Under the pieces are notes generated by a model that ran no database searches, had not been told where the DNA came from, and saw nothing but the letters and a program-made list of their open reading frames with translations. Shown here in pieces: positions 27,887-36,534 of a stretch of DNA of 64,000 nt. A program made the translations under genes and the position numbers. Source of the DNA: an archaeon (GTDB taxonomy: Archaea; Nanobdellota; Nanobdellia; Woesearchaeales; GW2011-AR9). The stretch lies in contig JABHRS010000022.1 in NCBI GenBank assembly GCA_018670085.1, positions 3,992-67,991 of the forward strand. The letters run 5' to 3'. The first letter of the stretch is position 1; every line of letters starts with the position of its first letter.

Positions 27887-28783
27887 ATGACAGATAAAAT
27901 TCAATATTCACATATACTAGTTAGAATTGCTAGTGAAATATTTTTGAAAGGAAAAAATCAAAATTCCTTTGTAAATAAGTTGCGTGAGAATATTAAGAAA
28001 TTAACTGGCCAAAGCCAAATAAGCAAAGGACGTGGAAGAATGTTGATTCCTTTTTTTGAGGGACATCAAAAATTACAGCGAGTTTTTGGCGTTCATTCAT
28101 ATTCACTGGCAGCGTTTATTCCCAAAAAAGAAGATTCTGATGAAGACATAATTAATAAAATTCAACATAAGGCGATTCATTTGTTAGAAAATGATAAAGG
28201 ATCATTTCATTGCCGAACAAAGAGAAGTGATAAAACCTTTTCTAAAACTTCAGTTGAAATAAATCATCAAATTGGAGAATTTATCGAAGAAAAAAACAAA
28301 AATTTAGTATTCAAATTAAAAGGCCCTGATATCGTCATTGGAATTGAGATTAATGAAACAGGGGCCTTTGTTTACAAAGACAGAGTAATTTGCCCAGGAG
28401 GTCTGCCAGCAGGAATTGAGGGAGAAGCAGGAGTTATGCTTAAAGATGAATCATCATTACTTGCAGCACTTTTAATGATGAAACGAGGAGTTGGAATTAC
28501 TTTAATTAAAGAAAGGAATTGTGAAGTTTTGGATTTATCCTTAATTGAAGCGTTTAGCCCAAGACCAATTAAAATTGTAGAAAATGTTGAAGCTTATATT
28601 GAAAAATGTAAAAGAAGACCTTGCGTGATTGTAAAAAAAGATATTGTAGAATCTTTGATCGAAGAAGTTGATATTGATGCTACTAAATCTGAACTTGCAA
28701 TTGTTTATCTGTACCCGCTTTGTGCGTATTCCAAAAAACAAATTCTTGAAGAGGTTAAAAAATATCAAAATTTAATTCTCTAA
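27887..28783 (+). CDS. ThiI-like THUMP protein with destroyed PP-loop and shortened C-terminal domain
   Basis: The N-terminus SHILVRIASEIFLKGKNQNSFVNKLRENIK parallels ThiI ([21 protein letters not shown]). GGLPAGIEGEAGVMLKDESSLLAALLMMKRG parallels [30 protein letters not shown], so SGGIDS is replaced by LKDESS. Only ~95 aa follow, against ~195 in ThiI. Confidence 0.65.
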   Translation: MTDKIQYSHILVRIASEIFLKGKNQNSFVNKLRENIKKLTGQSQISKGRGRMLIPFFEGHQKLQRVFGVHSYSLAAFIPKKEDSDEDIINKIQHKAIHLLENDKGSFHCRTKRSDKTFSKTSVEINHQIGEFIEEKNKNLVFKLKGPDIVIGIEINETGAFVYKDRVICPGGLPAGIEGEAGVMLKDESSLLAALLMMKRGVGITLIKERNCEVLDLSLIEAFSPRPIKIVENVEAYIEKCKRRPCVIVKKDIVESLIEEVDIDATKSELAIVYLYPLCAYSKKQILEEVKKYQNLIL

Positions 28784-28787
28784 TTGA

Positions 28788-29789
28788 TTAATTAGAGATA
28801 TACCTGTCATATAAAGTTACGGCACTCTCTTTTGTTTTTGCTTTAATTAAAGCCCTACCATCAGAGAAAACAGTCAAATTACCAAAACGTAAACTAATCT
28901 CATCAAGAATTGTTTCAGTAAATTCTGATTCTATTGTTTTTTGTAACTTAACTAAATCGATCTTGGTTTCACGGGAAACTTGAAACATTCCAGAGGAGCA
29001 AAATCTGACTATATCTTCTTGGCCTTGGACCTTTAGAGAGGGAAATTCATTAGAGCAGGTTTTACATCTTGGATCTTTTTGTATATCAAAGTTCCGAAGA
29101 GAAATTGTTTTTGCATCATATGTGAATAATTTATTTTTAAGATTAGATATATCTTGCCCAGTTAAGAATTGAATTGCAATATTACTCTGCATTGATGCAA
29201 TACTTTTGGTTACAGCACCAATAACTCCTGCTTCTTGGCAAGTTTCACCATTTGCCTTTTTTGGCATCTGGCAACGTAGACACGCAGAATCTGCTGCGAT
29301 AAAAGAAAACATACCACTCCAACCAACAGCTGATGCGAAAATCCAATTAATCATATTTTTTTTAGTATAATCATTAATTAAAAACCGAGTATTCATATTA
29401 TCAGTACAATCAAGGACCAAATTAATTTTATCTGAGATGGTCTGGCTGATATTTTTGGCACTTAGATGAACTGGCGCAATTTCAATTGTTATCTCTGGGT
29501 TAATTTCCAACAATCTTCTTTTAGCAGCGACAACCTTACTTGAAGATATATCTGAATTTGCAAATAAAGATTGCCTTTGCAAGTTAGATAATTCTACTAC
29601 ATCGCGATCAATTAATAGAATTGATCCAACCCCTGACCTTACCAGTAACTCAGCTGCAACTGTACCAAGCGCTCCAACTCCTATAATCGCAACCTTTGCA
29701 GATTGTAATTTTTCTTGCCCTTGCGTTCCGATTAAAGGAATTTGCCTAATATAACGGCCATTTAATTTATTCATTTTTTTGATCCTCAA
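28788..29789 (-). CDS. E1-like adenylyltransferase (ThiF/MoeB/UbaA/TtuC family)
   Basis: Nucleotide-binding IIGVGALGTVAAELLVRSGVGSILLIDRDVVELSNLQRQ. Zn motifs CLRC and CKTC. Extra ~85-aa C-terminal module. Overlaps the stop of the upstream gene. Confidence 0.85.
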   Translation of the reverse strand: MRIKKMNKLNGRYIRQIPLIGTQGQEKLQSAKVAIIGVGALGTVAAELLVRSGVGSILLIDRDVVELSNLQRQSLFANSDISSSKVVAAKRRLLEINPEITIEIAPVHLSAKNISQTISDKINLVLDCTDNMNTRFLINDYTKKNMINWIFASAVGWSGMFSFIAADSACLRCQMPKKANGETCQEAGVIGAVTKSIASMQSNIAIQFLTGQDISNLKNKLFTYDAKTISLRNFDIQKDPRCKTCSNEFPSLKVQGQEDIVRFCSSGMFQVSRETKIDLVKLQKTIESEFTETILDEISLRFGNLTVFSDGRALIKAKTKESAVTLYDRYISN

Positions 29790-30789
29790 AAATCGCTTTT
29801 AATTTACAAGCATTACATTCCATTAAATTACTTGGTTCAGAACAAGTAATGCATTTTTTTGGGGACCCATTAGTTTTTCCTTTAGAAATATTTGCAAGTT
29901 CCCTTTCTCTTAAAAGAGGCATCATATCTAAAAATGATTTAACAATTCCATGTTTGGTTCCTTTATATTTCGATTCTAAACTGTTAAGAGAATCTCTGAT
30001 TTCTGCACGGTAACTTTGCACTACATTAGGACATTCAGTATACTCAACTTTCCATTTTTTTAAGAAAGTGTACAACCTTGTTTCTTTTTCTGAGCACAGA
30101 TATAATGGTTTGATCCGCCTTACAAATCCTGCCTGATCTGAAATTCCACTCATTGGACCAAGTTTGGCTGCAAGTTTTGTGTTAGCTTTACAGATGTTCA
30201 TCATAATTGCTTGTGCTTCATCGTCTAAATTGTGTCCGGTAACTAATTTTGTAGCATTCAGTTTTTTCGCGTATTTGTTCAACAAATATCTGCGCCAAAC
30301 ACCACAAACATTACAAGGTTTTTTTCCAGTCACCTTATTAATTTTAGGGTATGCGATATCAAGGGTTGCACCTAAATGCTCTTTATCTTTAAAATTTGCA
30401 ATAGTCAATTCTACATCGTGATCATCACAGAATTTTTTTAGATCCAAAAGAGTCTTATCACGATAATCAGCAATTCCCTCATCAATTGCAAGAGCAGTGA
30501 TAGAAGCTGAATTGATATTTTGTCTTTCTAGATATTTTTTAACTAGATAAAGAACTGTGAGGGAATCCTTCCCGCCGCTGGTGGCTACACAAATTTTATC
30601 ATTTCTATCAATTAATTTGAATTTTTGAATAGTACGAAATACTTTGTTTTCAAAATAAGAGATAAAATGAGTTCCACAGTATAACCCGTGCTGTAGTTCA
30701 ATCACTGCTTTTTTTTCACATTTGCTACAAATAGAAATACTGTTCTGTCTGCCTTGATGGTTATTTCCTTTAGACATATTATCCTCCAC
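29767..30789 (-). CDS. tRNA 2-thiolation protein, TtuA/NcsA (Ncs6) family PP-loop ATPase
   Basis: N-terminal Zn finger CSKCEKK...CGTH, PP-loop SGGKDS, CNVCGVWRR, C-terminal Zn finger CITC...CNAC. Confidence 0.85.
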   Translation of the reverse strand: MEDNMSKGNNHQGRQNSISICSKCEKKAVIELQHGLYCGTHFISYFENKVFRTIQKFKLIDRNDKICVATSGGKDSLTVLYLVKKYLERQNINSASITALAIDEGIADYRDKTLLDLKKFCDDHDVELTIANFKDKEHLGATLDIAYPKINKVTGKKPCNVCGVWRRYLLNKYAKKLNATKLVTGHNLDDEAQAIMMNICKANTKLAAKLGPMSGISDQAGFVRRIKPLYLCSEKETRLYTFLKKWKVEYTECPNVVQSYRAEIRDSLNSLESKYKGTKHGIVKSFLDMMPLLRERELANISKGKTNGSPKKCITCSEPSNLMECNACKLKAIFEDQKNE

Positions 30790-30982
30790 TGATCACACTG
30801 AGGAAAATGATTATGTCTCCATCAACAATAGAATCAGTAGGGAGCAAAATTTCAGCATTTCTTGCAACAAGAACAGTTTCAGAATTAACAGCAAGTTCTA
30901 CTAATAAATCTTTGACAGTTGTCGCATTTGTTGTCAAATTAGTGGTTGTCCCTGCCTTTTCGTTTTGTACTGTAATTTTCAT
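30779..30982 (-). CDS. ubiquitin-like sulfur carrier (ThiS/MoaD/SAMP/TtuB-like) ending in Gly-Gly
   Basis: 67 aa with beta-grasp-like length. The C-terminus is ...FLSVISGG followed directly by the stop. Overlaps the start of the TtuA/NcsA gene. Confidence 0.75.
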   Translation of the reverse strand: MKITVQNEKAGTTTNLTTNATTVKDLLVELAVNSETVLVARNAEILLPTDSIVDGDIIIFLSVISGG

Positions 30983-31027
30983 ATTTCACATCCCACTCTT
31001 CCATTAATTGGCTAAGTGTTTTGATCT

Positions 31028-31459
31028 ATGTTCAATTTAGTGGGCAGTTTTTTAAATATTATCTACATTTATGGTAATAACTTGAAAAAACATAAAAAAC
31101 ATGTAAAAAATAAGTCTGTAATCAGAAATGAAAATCAATTACGTAGTCAGATCGAGAGACCAAATAAAGAAGCTATAACTGGTGCTGAAGAAATTCACCA
31201 CAAAGACTCTTTACACTATTTAAGAGGTGGATTAGATCAAATTACATGCAAAATTGCTACCAAAAAGAAGAATATTATCGGATTTTCGTTTAAATCACTA
31301 AAAAAGATTAATGACCCAATTAAGCAGGCTAAAATTTTGGGAAGAATGCAGCAGAATATGAGGCTCTGTGAAAAATTTAATACAAAAACAGAGATTTTGG
31401 GAGATTTATCATTAGATTTTCGGGCGTCGTTTGAAAAATTCTTGAAGAACAAGAAGTAA
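31028..31459 (+). CDS. RNase P protein subunit Rpp30-like, N-terminally truncated
   Basis: GLDQITCKIATKKKNIIGFSFKSLKKINDPIKQAKILGRMQQNMRLCEKFNTK aligns by eye with Pyrococcus Rpp30 ([52 protein letters not shown]). The ORF is 143 aa at most, against ~210. Confidence 0.4.
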   Translation: MFNLVGSFLNIIYIYGNNLKKHKKHVKNKSVIRNENQLRSQIERPNKEAITGAEEIHHKDSLHYLRGGLDQITCKIATKKKNIIGFSFKSLKKINDPIKQAKILGRMQQNMRLCEKFNTKTEILGDLSLDFRASFEKFLKNKK

Positions 31460-31546
31460 ACCTAGAACAAAGGTTAATTTATATTTATAAGCAAAAAAAT
31501 CATTGTTTCGAAAAATTCTTAAAGGGATCAAGCTCTGAGGATAGTT

Positions 31547-32356
31547 ATGGACGAGACCAAAATGTCAGCTAATTTAGAAGTTGAAGAAGAGACTAACACT
31601 AATGCTGAATTGAACTCTGGGATTACAGCAGAGACAAAGGCAGAAACTAAGGAAATGACTAAAGATTTTGATCCAAAAACAATTGGAATTGCAGTAGTTG
31701 TTTTACTTGGTTTATTTGTAATTGGAGTTGGTGGTTTTAGCGCCCTTGATTGGATGGGTGAAACCGTAACAGGCGCAGTTACTACTGACGTTAATTCTGA
31801 TCTAGATATTTTGCATGCAGAAAACAGAGCAGGAAAATTGGATAATTCTGAAGGATACATGTATGAAGATTTTAGTTTTGTATTTTACGATGAGCTTTGG
31901 TGGACAGAAATTGTAGTCCATTATGAAGACCAACCAACTATTATTGTGGTGCCGTTACATAACAGCCCAGAAGACCTTTTAGATGTCCCAGTTGAAGGAA
32001 AACTTGATAGCGAGTTCAACGAAGTTGCAGATTTATATTTAGCAATTGACCCTAAGGTGTCTGACCAACATTATTCACTTGCAATATCAGAACTTAGTTT
32101 TAATATTGTAAAAGGAATTGGAAGAAAGCCAATTGGATCTTGCAGTGAAGAACATGAAGTTTGTGTGGGCAGAGAAATTATTAGCTGTGAAAACAATCCA
32201 AACAATTATCCAGTTTTAGAATTAGTTTATGATGAAACACTTGAATTTGGAACAGTTGAATATGATGGAATGTGCATGAAAATTTCAGGTAGTGGCGAAG
32301 AAATGGTCCGTGCGGCTGATAGATTACTTTTGAACTGGTATCAAGTTATGAATTAA
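31547..32356 (+). CDS. membrane-anchored extracellular hypothetical protein
   Basis: Acidic N-terminus, a single TM (IGIAVVVLLGLFVIGVGGFSAL), then a ~190-aa ectodomain with conserved-looking Cys. Confidence 0.55.
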   Translation: MDETKMSANLEVEEETNTNAELNSGITAETKAETKEMTKDFDPKTIGIAVVVLLGLFVIGVGGFSALDWMGETVTGAVTTDVNSDLDILHAENRAGKLDNSEGYMYEDFSFVFYDELWWTEIVVHYEDQPTIIVVPLHNSPEDLLDVPVEGKLDSEFNEVADLYLAIDPKVSDQHYSLAISELSFNIVKGIGRKPIGSCSEEHEVCVGREIISCENNPNNYPVLELVYDETLEFGTVEYDGMCMKISGSGEEMVRAADRLLLNWYQVMN

Positions 32357-32388
32357 TTTTTTTCTTTTCTTTGTTTCTTTTTAATTTA

Positions 32389-32847
32389 TCATCTATCACT
32401 CATAGAGATAATCTCATTGAATTCATTTTTTTCTACTGGCATGACACTAAGGCGGTTTCCACGTTGGACAAGTTTCATCTTGTTCAGTTTTGGATTCGCT
32501 TTTAACTCATCAAGGCTAACAAATGAATTAAATTTTCTTTCAAATTTCAAATCAACTGATGTCCACCTTGGTTCAAAAATAGTAGATTTGGAGTCAAAGT
32601 ATTTTGATTTATGATCAAATTGTTCTGGGTCAGCAACCCCTGGATGAAACACAGAAACAACGCCTGCAGCACCAGGAGGCTTACAATTACTATGATAAAA
32701 TATTACCTGGTCACCAATTGTAAATTTACGTAGGAAGTTCCTGGCCTGATAATTGCGGATACCACCCCAATAAATAATATTCTCTCTTTTCATATCATCT
32801 ATTGAAAATTCTGTCGCTTCAGATTTGATTAACCAATATTTTACCAT
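32389..32847 (-). CDS. EVE (PUA-like) domain protein
   Basis: YWLIKSE...FSIDD...WGGIRNYQARNFLRKFTIGDQVIFYHSN...GVVSV pattern typical of EVE/THYN1-like domains. Confidence 0.75.
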   Translation of the reverse strand: MVKYWLIKSEATEFSIDDMKRENIIYWGGIRNYQARNFLRKFTIGDQVIFYHSNCKPPGAAGVVSVFHPGVADPEQFDHKSKYFDSKSTIFEPRWTSVDLKFERKFNSFVSLDELKANPKLNKMKLVQRGNRLSVMPVEKNEFNEIISMSDR

Positions 32848-32866
32848 TTAATTAGAATAAAAATTA

Positions 32867-33991
32867 TTATGTTTTAAGTTTTTTGATTAGTTCCACTGGT
32901 TGGAGTTTTGTTTTGATGGCAGTTTCACTGAACTGTGTTCTCCATGTTCCCTTAATATTAAGGAGCAGCTCATTTGTTGGAACTTTTATCTTGTATTTTT
33001 TTGCTAATATATGGCTGTCAATGAACCCTATGATATTTGGATTTTCTGCCTCAGTCTGTAAAGAGCGGAGAAGTTTGACTTCTGAGTTGAAATCATTTTT
33101 TTTGATTATAGTTTTGATGAATGTTTTGTCATGCAGTGGCCCTGTCCAAAGTGGCCCTGCAACTTGGAACTCTTTGTTAGACTTAGCTTCCCAATAATTT
33201 ATTTTACTGATTTTCGATTCTAAAGTTTTTGGGTTATAAAGAAAATATTGGTGCTGTGTTTGAATATTGTTGCATTTTTCTTTTCCACTAGATGATTGAA
33301 AAAATATTCGGTAGTAATGGTCTTTATGATAACTCAAAATAGGAGTTAATGCTTTGCCAAATTGAACTCCTTGAAGCTGCACCTTTCTGATCAGAATTCT
33401 AAGTCCGAGCTCATGCATTAAATGATTTTTTAGTGGAGATGCCCAGTACTTCCTTTTGCAGGCTTTCGGATAAGTTCCAGCTAAGGCAGCAGTGTCTGTT
33501 GCGGTGATTGCAATAATTCCTTTCCTATTAATTCTGGCAACTACTGCTGCTAAGAATTGGTTTGGCGAACCAAATGGATCAAGATCAATGTAGTCGAATC
33601 CTAAATTGTTTAAGAGGAAGAGGTTAGCGTCTTGGTTGTGAGTTGATACTTTTTTGGAGTTTAATTTATTAGTTTTTATTGATTTTTGGAAATCTTCGAT
33701 GAAATTTTCTCTGATATCATTGACTGCAATTTCTGAAATATTTTCTGTGGAAATTTCGTTTAAGATCCTAAGTGCACGGATTCCAGAACCAGCTAGAGGG
33801 AGCCCGATTTTAATTGGCTTATTTTTTATTTGAGTGAAGGATTTGATAGCATTGATTGTGATGTTCCTGTGAGAGAGCATTTTAGGGTTGTAGAAAGTCC
33901 CCATAGCCTTGGAGACTGGATCCTTTGGAATTTTGATATCTAGTTTGATGTTCGCTTCTTGGACCATGTTTGTTCTAAAATCAAGTAACAT
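32867..33991 (-). CDS. trm1: tRNA (guanine26-N2)-dimethyltransferase Trm1
   Basis: FYNPKM..NRD-like N-terminus, IDLDPFGSPNQFL, ITATDTAALAGTYPKACKRKY, HELGLRILI. Confidence 0.85.
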   Translation of the reverse strand: MLLDFRTNMVQEANIKLDIKIPKDPVSKAMGTFYNPKMLSHRNITINAIKSFTQIKNKPIKIGLPLAGSGIRALRILNEISTENISEIAVNDIRENFIEDFQKSIKTNKLNSKKVSTHNQDANLFLLNNLGFDYIDLDPFGSPNQFLAAVVARINRKGIIAITATDTAALAGTYPKACKRKYWASPLKNHLMHELGLRILIRKVQLQGVQFGKALTPILSYHKDHYYRIFFQSSSGKEKCNNIQTQHQYFLYNPKTLESKISKINYWEAKSNKEFQVAGPLWTGPLHDKTFIKTIIKKNDFNSEVKLLRSLQTEAENPNIIGFIDSHILAKKYKIKVPTNELLLNIKGTWRTQFSETAIKTKLQPVELIKKLKT

Positions 33992-34021
33992 TTAAAAAAT
34001 ACTACTAAAAATACTATTGTT

Positions 34022-35812
34022 ATGGCAGTTCGAAAGATCCTAGTTACAGTAGTTGGTCACGTAGATCACGGAAAAACTTCTCTTCTTGATAAAATTAGAC
34101 GAAGTGATGTAACAGCGGGAGAAGCTGGCGCGATCACTCAAGCAATTGGAGTTTCTATCATCCCAATTAGAACTATTGAGAAAGTTTGTGGGAAATTACT
34201 TGATCATATGAAAGGAAAAATTACAATTCCTGGTCTGCTCACAATTGATACTCCTGGCCATGCAGCTTTCACTTCACTTCGAAAAAGGGGAGGATCACTT
34301 GCTGATATCGCAATATTGGTTGTTGACATCAATGAAGGATTTAAACCACAGACGATTGAGAGTATCGAAATTTTAAAAGCAAATAAAGTGCCGTTCGTAA
34401 TTGCAGCAAATAAAGTAGATTTAATGCATGGATGGGAATATGATACTAACAAAAATTTATTGCAAAATATGTCTGGGATGAGTCACCAAGCACAAGGTGA
34501 ATTTGAGAAAAAATTTTATGAATTAGTTGGACAATTCCAAGAACATACAGTGAATGCTGAAAGATTTGATAGAGTTCAAGATTATACACAGCAATTTGCA
34601 ATTGTACCAATTTCAGCACATACAGGACAAGGGATTCCAGAATTATTAATGGTATTAACTGGCCTTGCACAAAAATTCTTTGAAGCGAAGTTGGAAATTT
34701 CAATTGATGGGGCTGCTAAAGGAAGTATTCTTGAAGTTAAAGAAGAAAAAGGATTAGGCCTTACACTTGACACTATAATTTATGATGGAACTATCAGAGT
34801 GAATGATGTTTTAGTAATTGGATCACTAAATGGTGCGATTGTGACTAAAGTTCGAGCATTGCTTGAACCTAAGGAACTTGCTGAAATGCGAGATAAAAAA
34901 AGCAAATTCAAAAATGTGAAATCCGTTGTTGCAGCAACTGGAGTAAAAATTTCTGGTCCTAACATGGACGGCGCGATGGCAGGAATGCCAGTACGTGCTG
35001 CAACTACTAAAGACAAAAAAGAAATTGAGAAATTGAAACTTGAAGTACAATCAGAAATTGAGGATGTATTACAAGAAACTGAAACTGAGGAATCAGGAGT
35101 TATGATTAAGGCAGATACCCTTGGTAGTTTAGAGGCCATGAAAGTTCTACTCGGAGATAAAGGGATTCCAGTTGCGTTTGCAAGTTTAGGAGATGTGAGT
35201 AAAAAGGATTTGTCAACACTTGAATCTTTGCGCGATAAAGACGAGTTCACAGGAGTCTTACTTGGTTTTAATGTGAAAATTCCTGGAGATTTGGCGATTG
35301 CAATAAAAGAGAAGGATTTGACAATTATTAAACATGATATAATCTATAAAATATTCGATGATTATGATCTGTATACTGGAACTCTGCAGGAAAAAATTGA
35401 AAAAAGAGAACTTGCAAATTTAACTAGGCCCTGTAAATTTTCAATTATGCCAGGGTATGTTTTTCGACAAAATAATCCTGCAATTTGTGGAGTGGATATT
35501 GAAGTTGGGCAAATCAAAAACGGAGATGGCTTGATGACTATCTCTGGAAAATCTATGAGCACAGTTAAGAGCATGAAAAAAGGACAAGAAAACGTAACAC
35601 GGGCAACTCAAGGAGACCAAGTTGCGATGGCAATGCCTGGGCTCACTGTTGGGCGTCAAGCAAAGGAAGGCGATTTTTTGTATACTGATATCCCTGAAAA
35701 TGATTACGCTAAATTGAAGAAATTGAAGAAACATCTTTCTAAGTTAGAAGTTGATTTAGTGAAAGAAATTGTGGAGATTAAGCGGAAGGATAATCCTGTT
35801 TGGGGAGTTTGA
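34022..35812 (+). CDS. infB: translation initiation factor aIF5B (IF2 family GTPase)
   Basis: G1 VVGHVDHGKTSLLDKIR, G3 DTPGH, G4 ANKVD; ~596 aa four-domain length. Confidence 0.95.
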   Translation: MAVRKILVTVVGHVDHGKTSLLDKIRRSDVTAGEAGAITQAIGVSIIPIRTIEKVCGKLLDHMKGKITIPGLLTIDTPGHAAFTSLRKRGGSLADIAILVVDINEGFKPQTIESIEILKANKVPFVIAANKVDLMHGWEYDTNKNLLQNMSGMSHQAQGEFEKKFYELVGQFQEHTVNAERFDRVQDYTQQFAIVPISAHTGQGIPELLMVLTGLAQKFFEAKLEISIDGAAKGSILEVKEEKGLGLTLDTIIYDGTIRVNDVLVIGSLNGAIVTKVRALLEPKELAEMRDKKSKFKNVKSVVAATGVKISGPNMDGAMAGMPVRAATTKDKKEIEKLKLEVQSEIEDVLQETETEESGVMIKADTLGSLEAMKVLLGDKGIPVAFASLGDVSKKDLSTLESLRDKDEFTGVLLGFNVKIPGDLAIAIKEKDLTIIKHDIIYKIFDDYDLYTGTLQEKIEKRELANLTRPCKFSIMPGYVFRQNNPAICGVDIEVGQIKNGDGLMTISGKSMSTVKSMKKGQENVTRATQGDQVAMAMPGLTVGRQAKEGDFLYTDIPENDYAKLKKLKKHLSKLEVDLVKEIVEIKRKDNPVWGV

Positions 35813-35814
35813 GT

Positions 35815-36534
35815 TTATTTTTGTGCTTTGATCATAATTGCAAGGGGTTTGTTTTCTCTATATTTTAAGTAAGGATATTTTTCAACAGTTTTTTTATTGG
35901 GAGTGGGTTCTAGAATTTTCGTGATCTTAAGTCCAGTTTCAGTGATTGAATTTATTAAATCTTGAACAGTCCAATGGAAGTCTGTATATCTTGTAACTGA
36001 TCCATCTGGTTTTTTTGAGACAATCTTGAATGGAAAACCACTTTTGAAGTAATTGTATTCTTTTTCAACTTCAACATTTGGGAAATTAGTTTCTGGAGCA
36101 AAAGGATGAATATCTCCTACAATTAAAAACCCATTTTCTTTGAGTAATTTTTGTGTTTGTTTGAATATTTTTTTAATTTTTGATAATTCCGAAATTTCTA
36201 AAATTACATGTTCTAAAAGAATAACGTCAAAAGAATTATTTTCTAAATTAATTTCTTCAGAACCATCAGCAACAAAATATTTGATTTCTTTTTCTTTGTT
36301 TTCGCTTTCAGCAGATTTAATTTGTTTTTTTGAAATATCAAATCCTGTACACCTAGCTCCTTTTTTATTTAATATTCTGAGCCAGTATCCATCTCCACAA
36401 CCAATTTCAAGAATTTTTTTGTTTTTAACATCACCAATTAAATTCATTAAAGCTGGAGCAATAACATATAATTTACTATAATTTGGTTTTTTAGCACTTT
36501 TAACCTGTTCTTCTGACCATTTGTGAACTTTCAT
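35815..36534 (-). CDS. class I SAM-dependent methyltransferase
   Basis: Motif I ILEIGCGDGYW, followed by DVILLEHVI. 4-nt overlap (ATGA) with the upstream gene. Confidence 0.75.
   Translation of the reverse strand: MKVHKWSEEQVKSAKKPNYSKLYVIAPALMNLIGDVKNKKILEIGCGDGYWLRILNKKGARCTGFDISKKQIKSAESENKEKEIKYFVADGSEEINLENNSFDVILLEHVILEISELSKIKKIFKQTQKLLKENGFLIVGDIHPFAPETNFPNVEVEKEYNYFKSGFPFKIVSKKPDGSVTRYTDFHWTVQDLINSITETGLKITKILEPTPNKKTVEKYPYLKYRENKPLAIMIKAQK

Noticed and set aside
34204-35734. Several antisense ORFs inside infB (for example 34780-35250, 156 aa). Similar shadow ORFs lie inside gyrA, polD (13073-13378), mcm (25622-25879), the giant gene (44504-48233) and the pilin-like genes (51255-51662, 53696-53959).
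   Set aside because: They lie wholly within, and antisense to, genes with strong family signatures. They have Ser/Leu/Ile-rich shadow-frame composition and no motifs.
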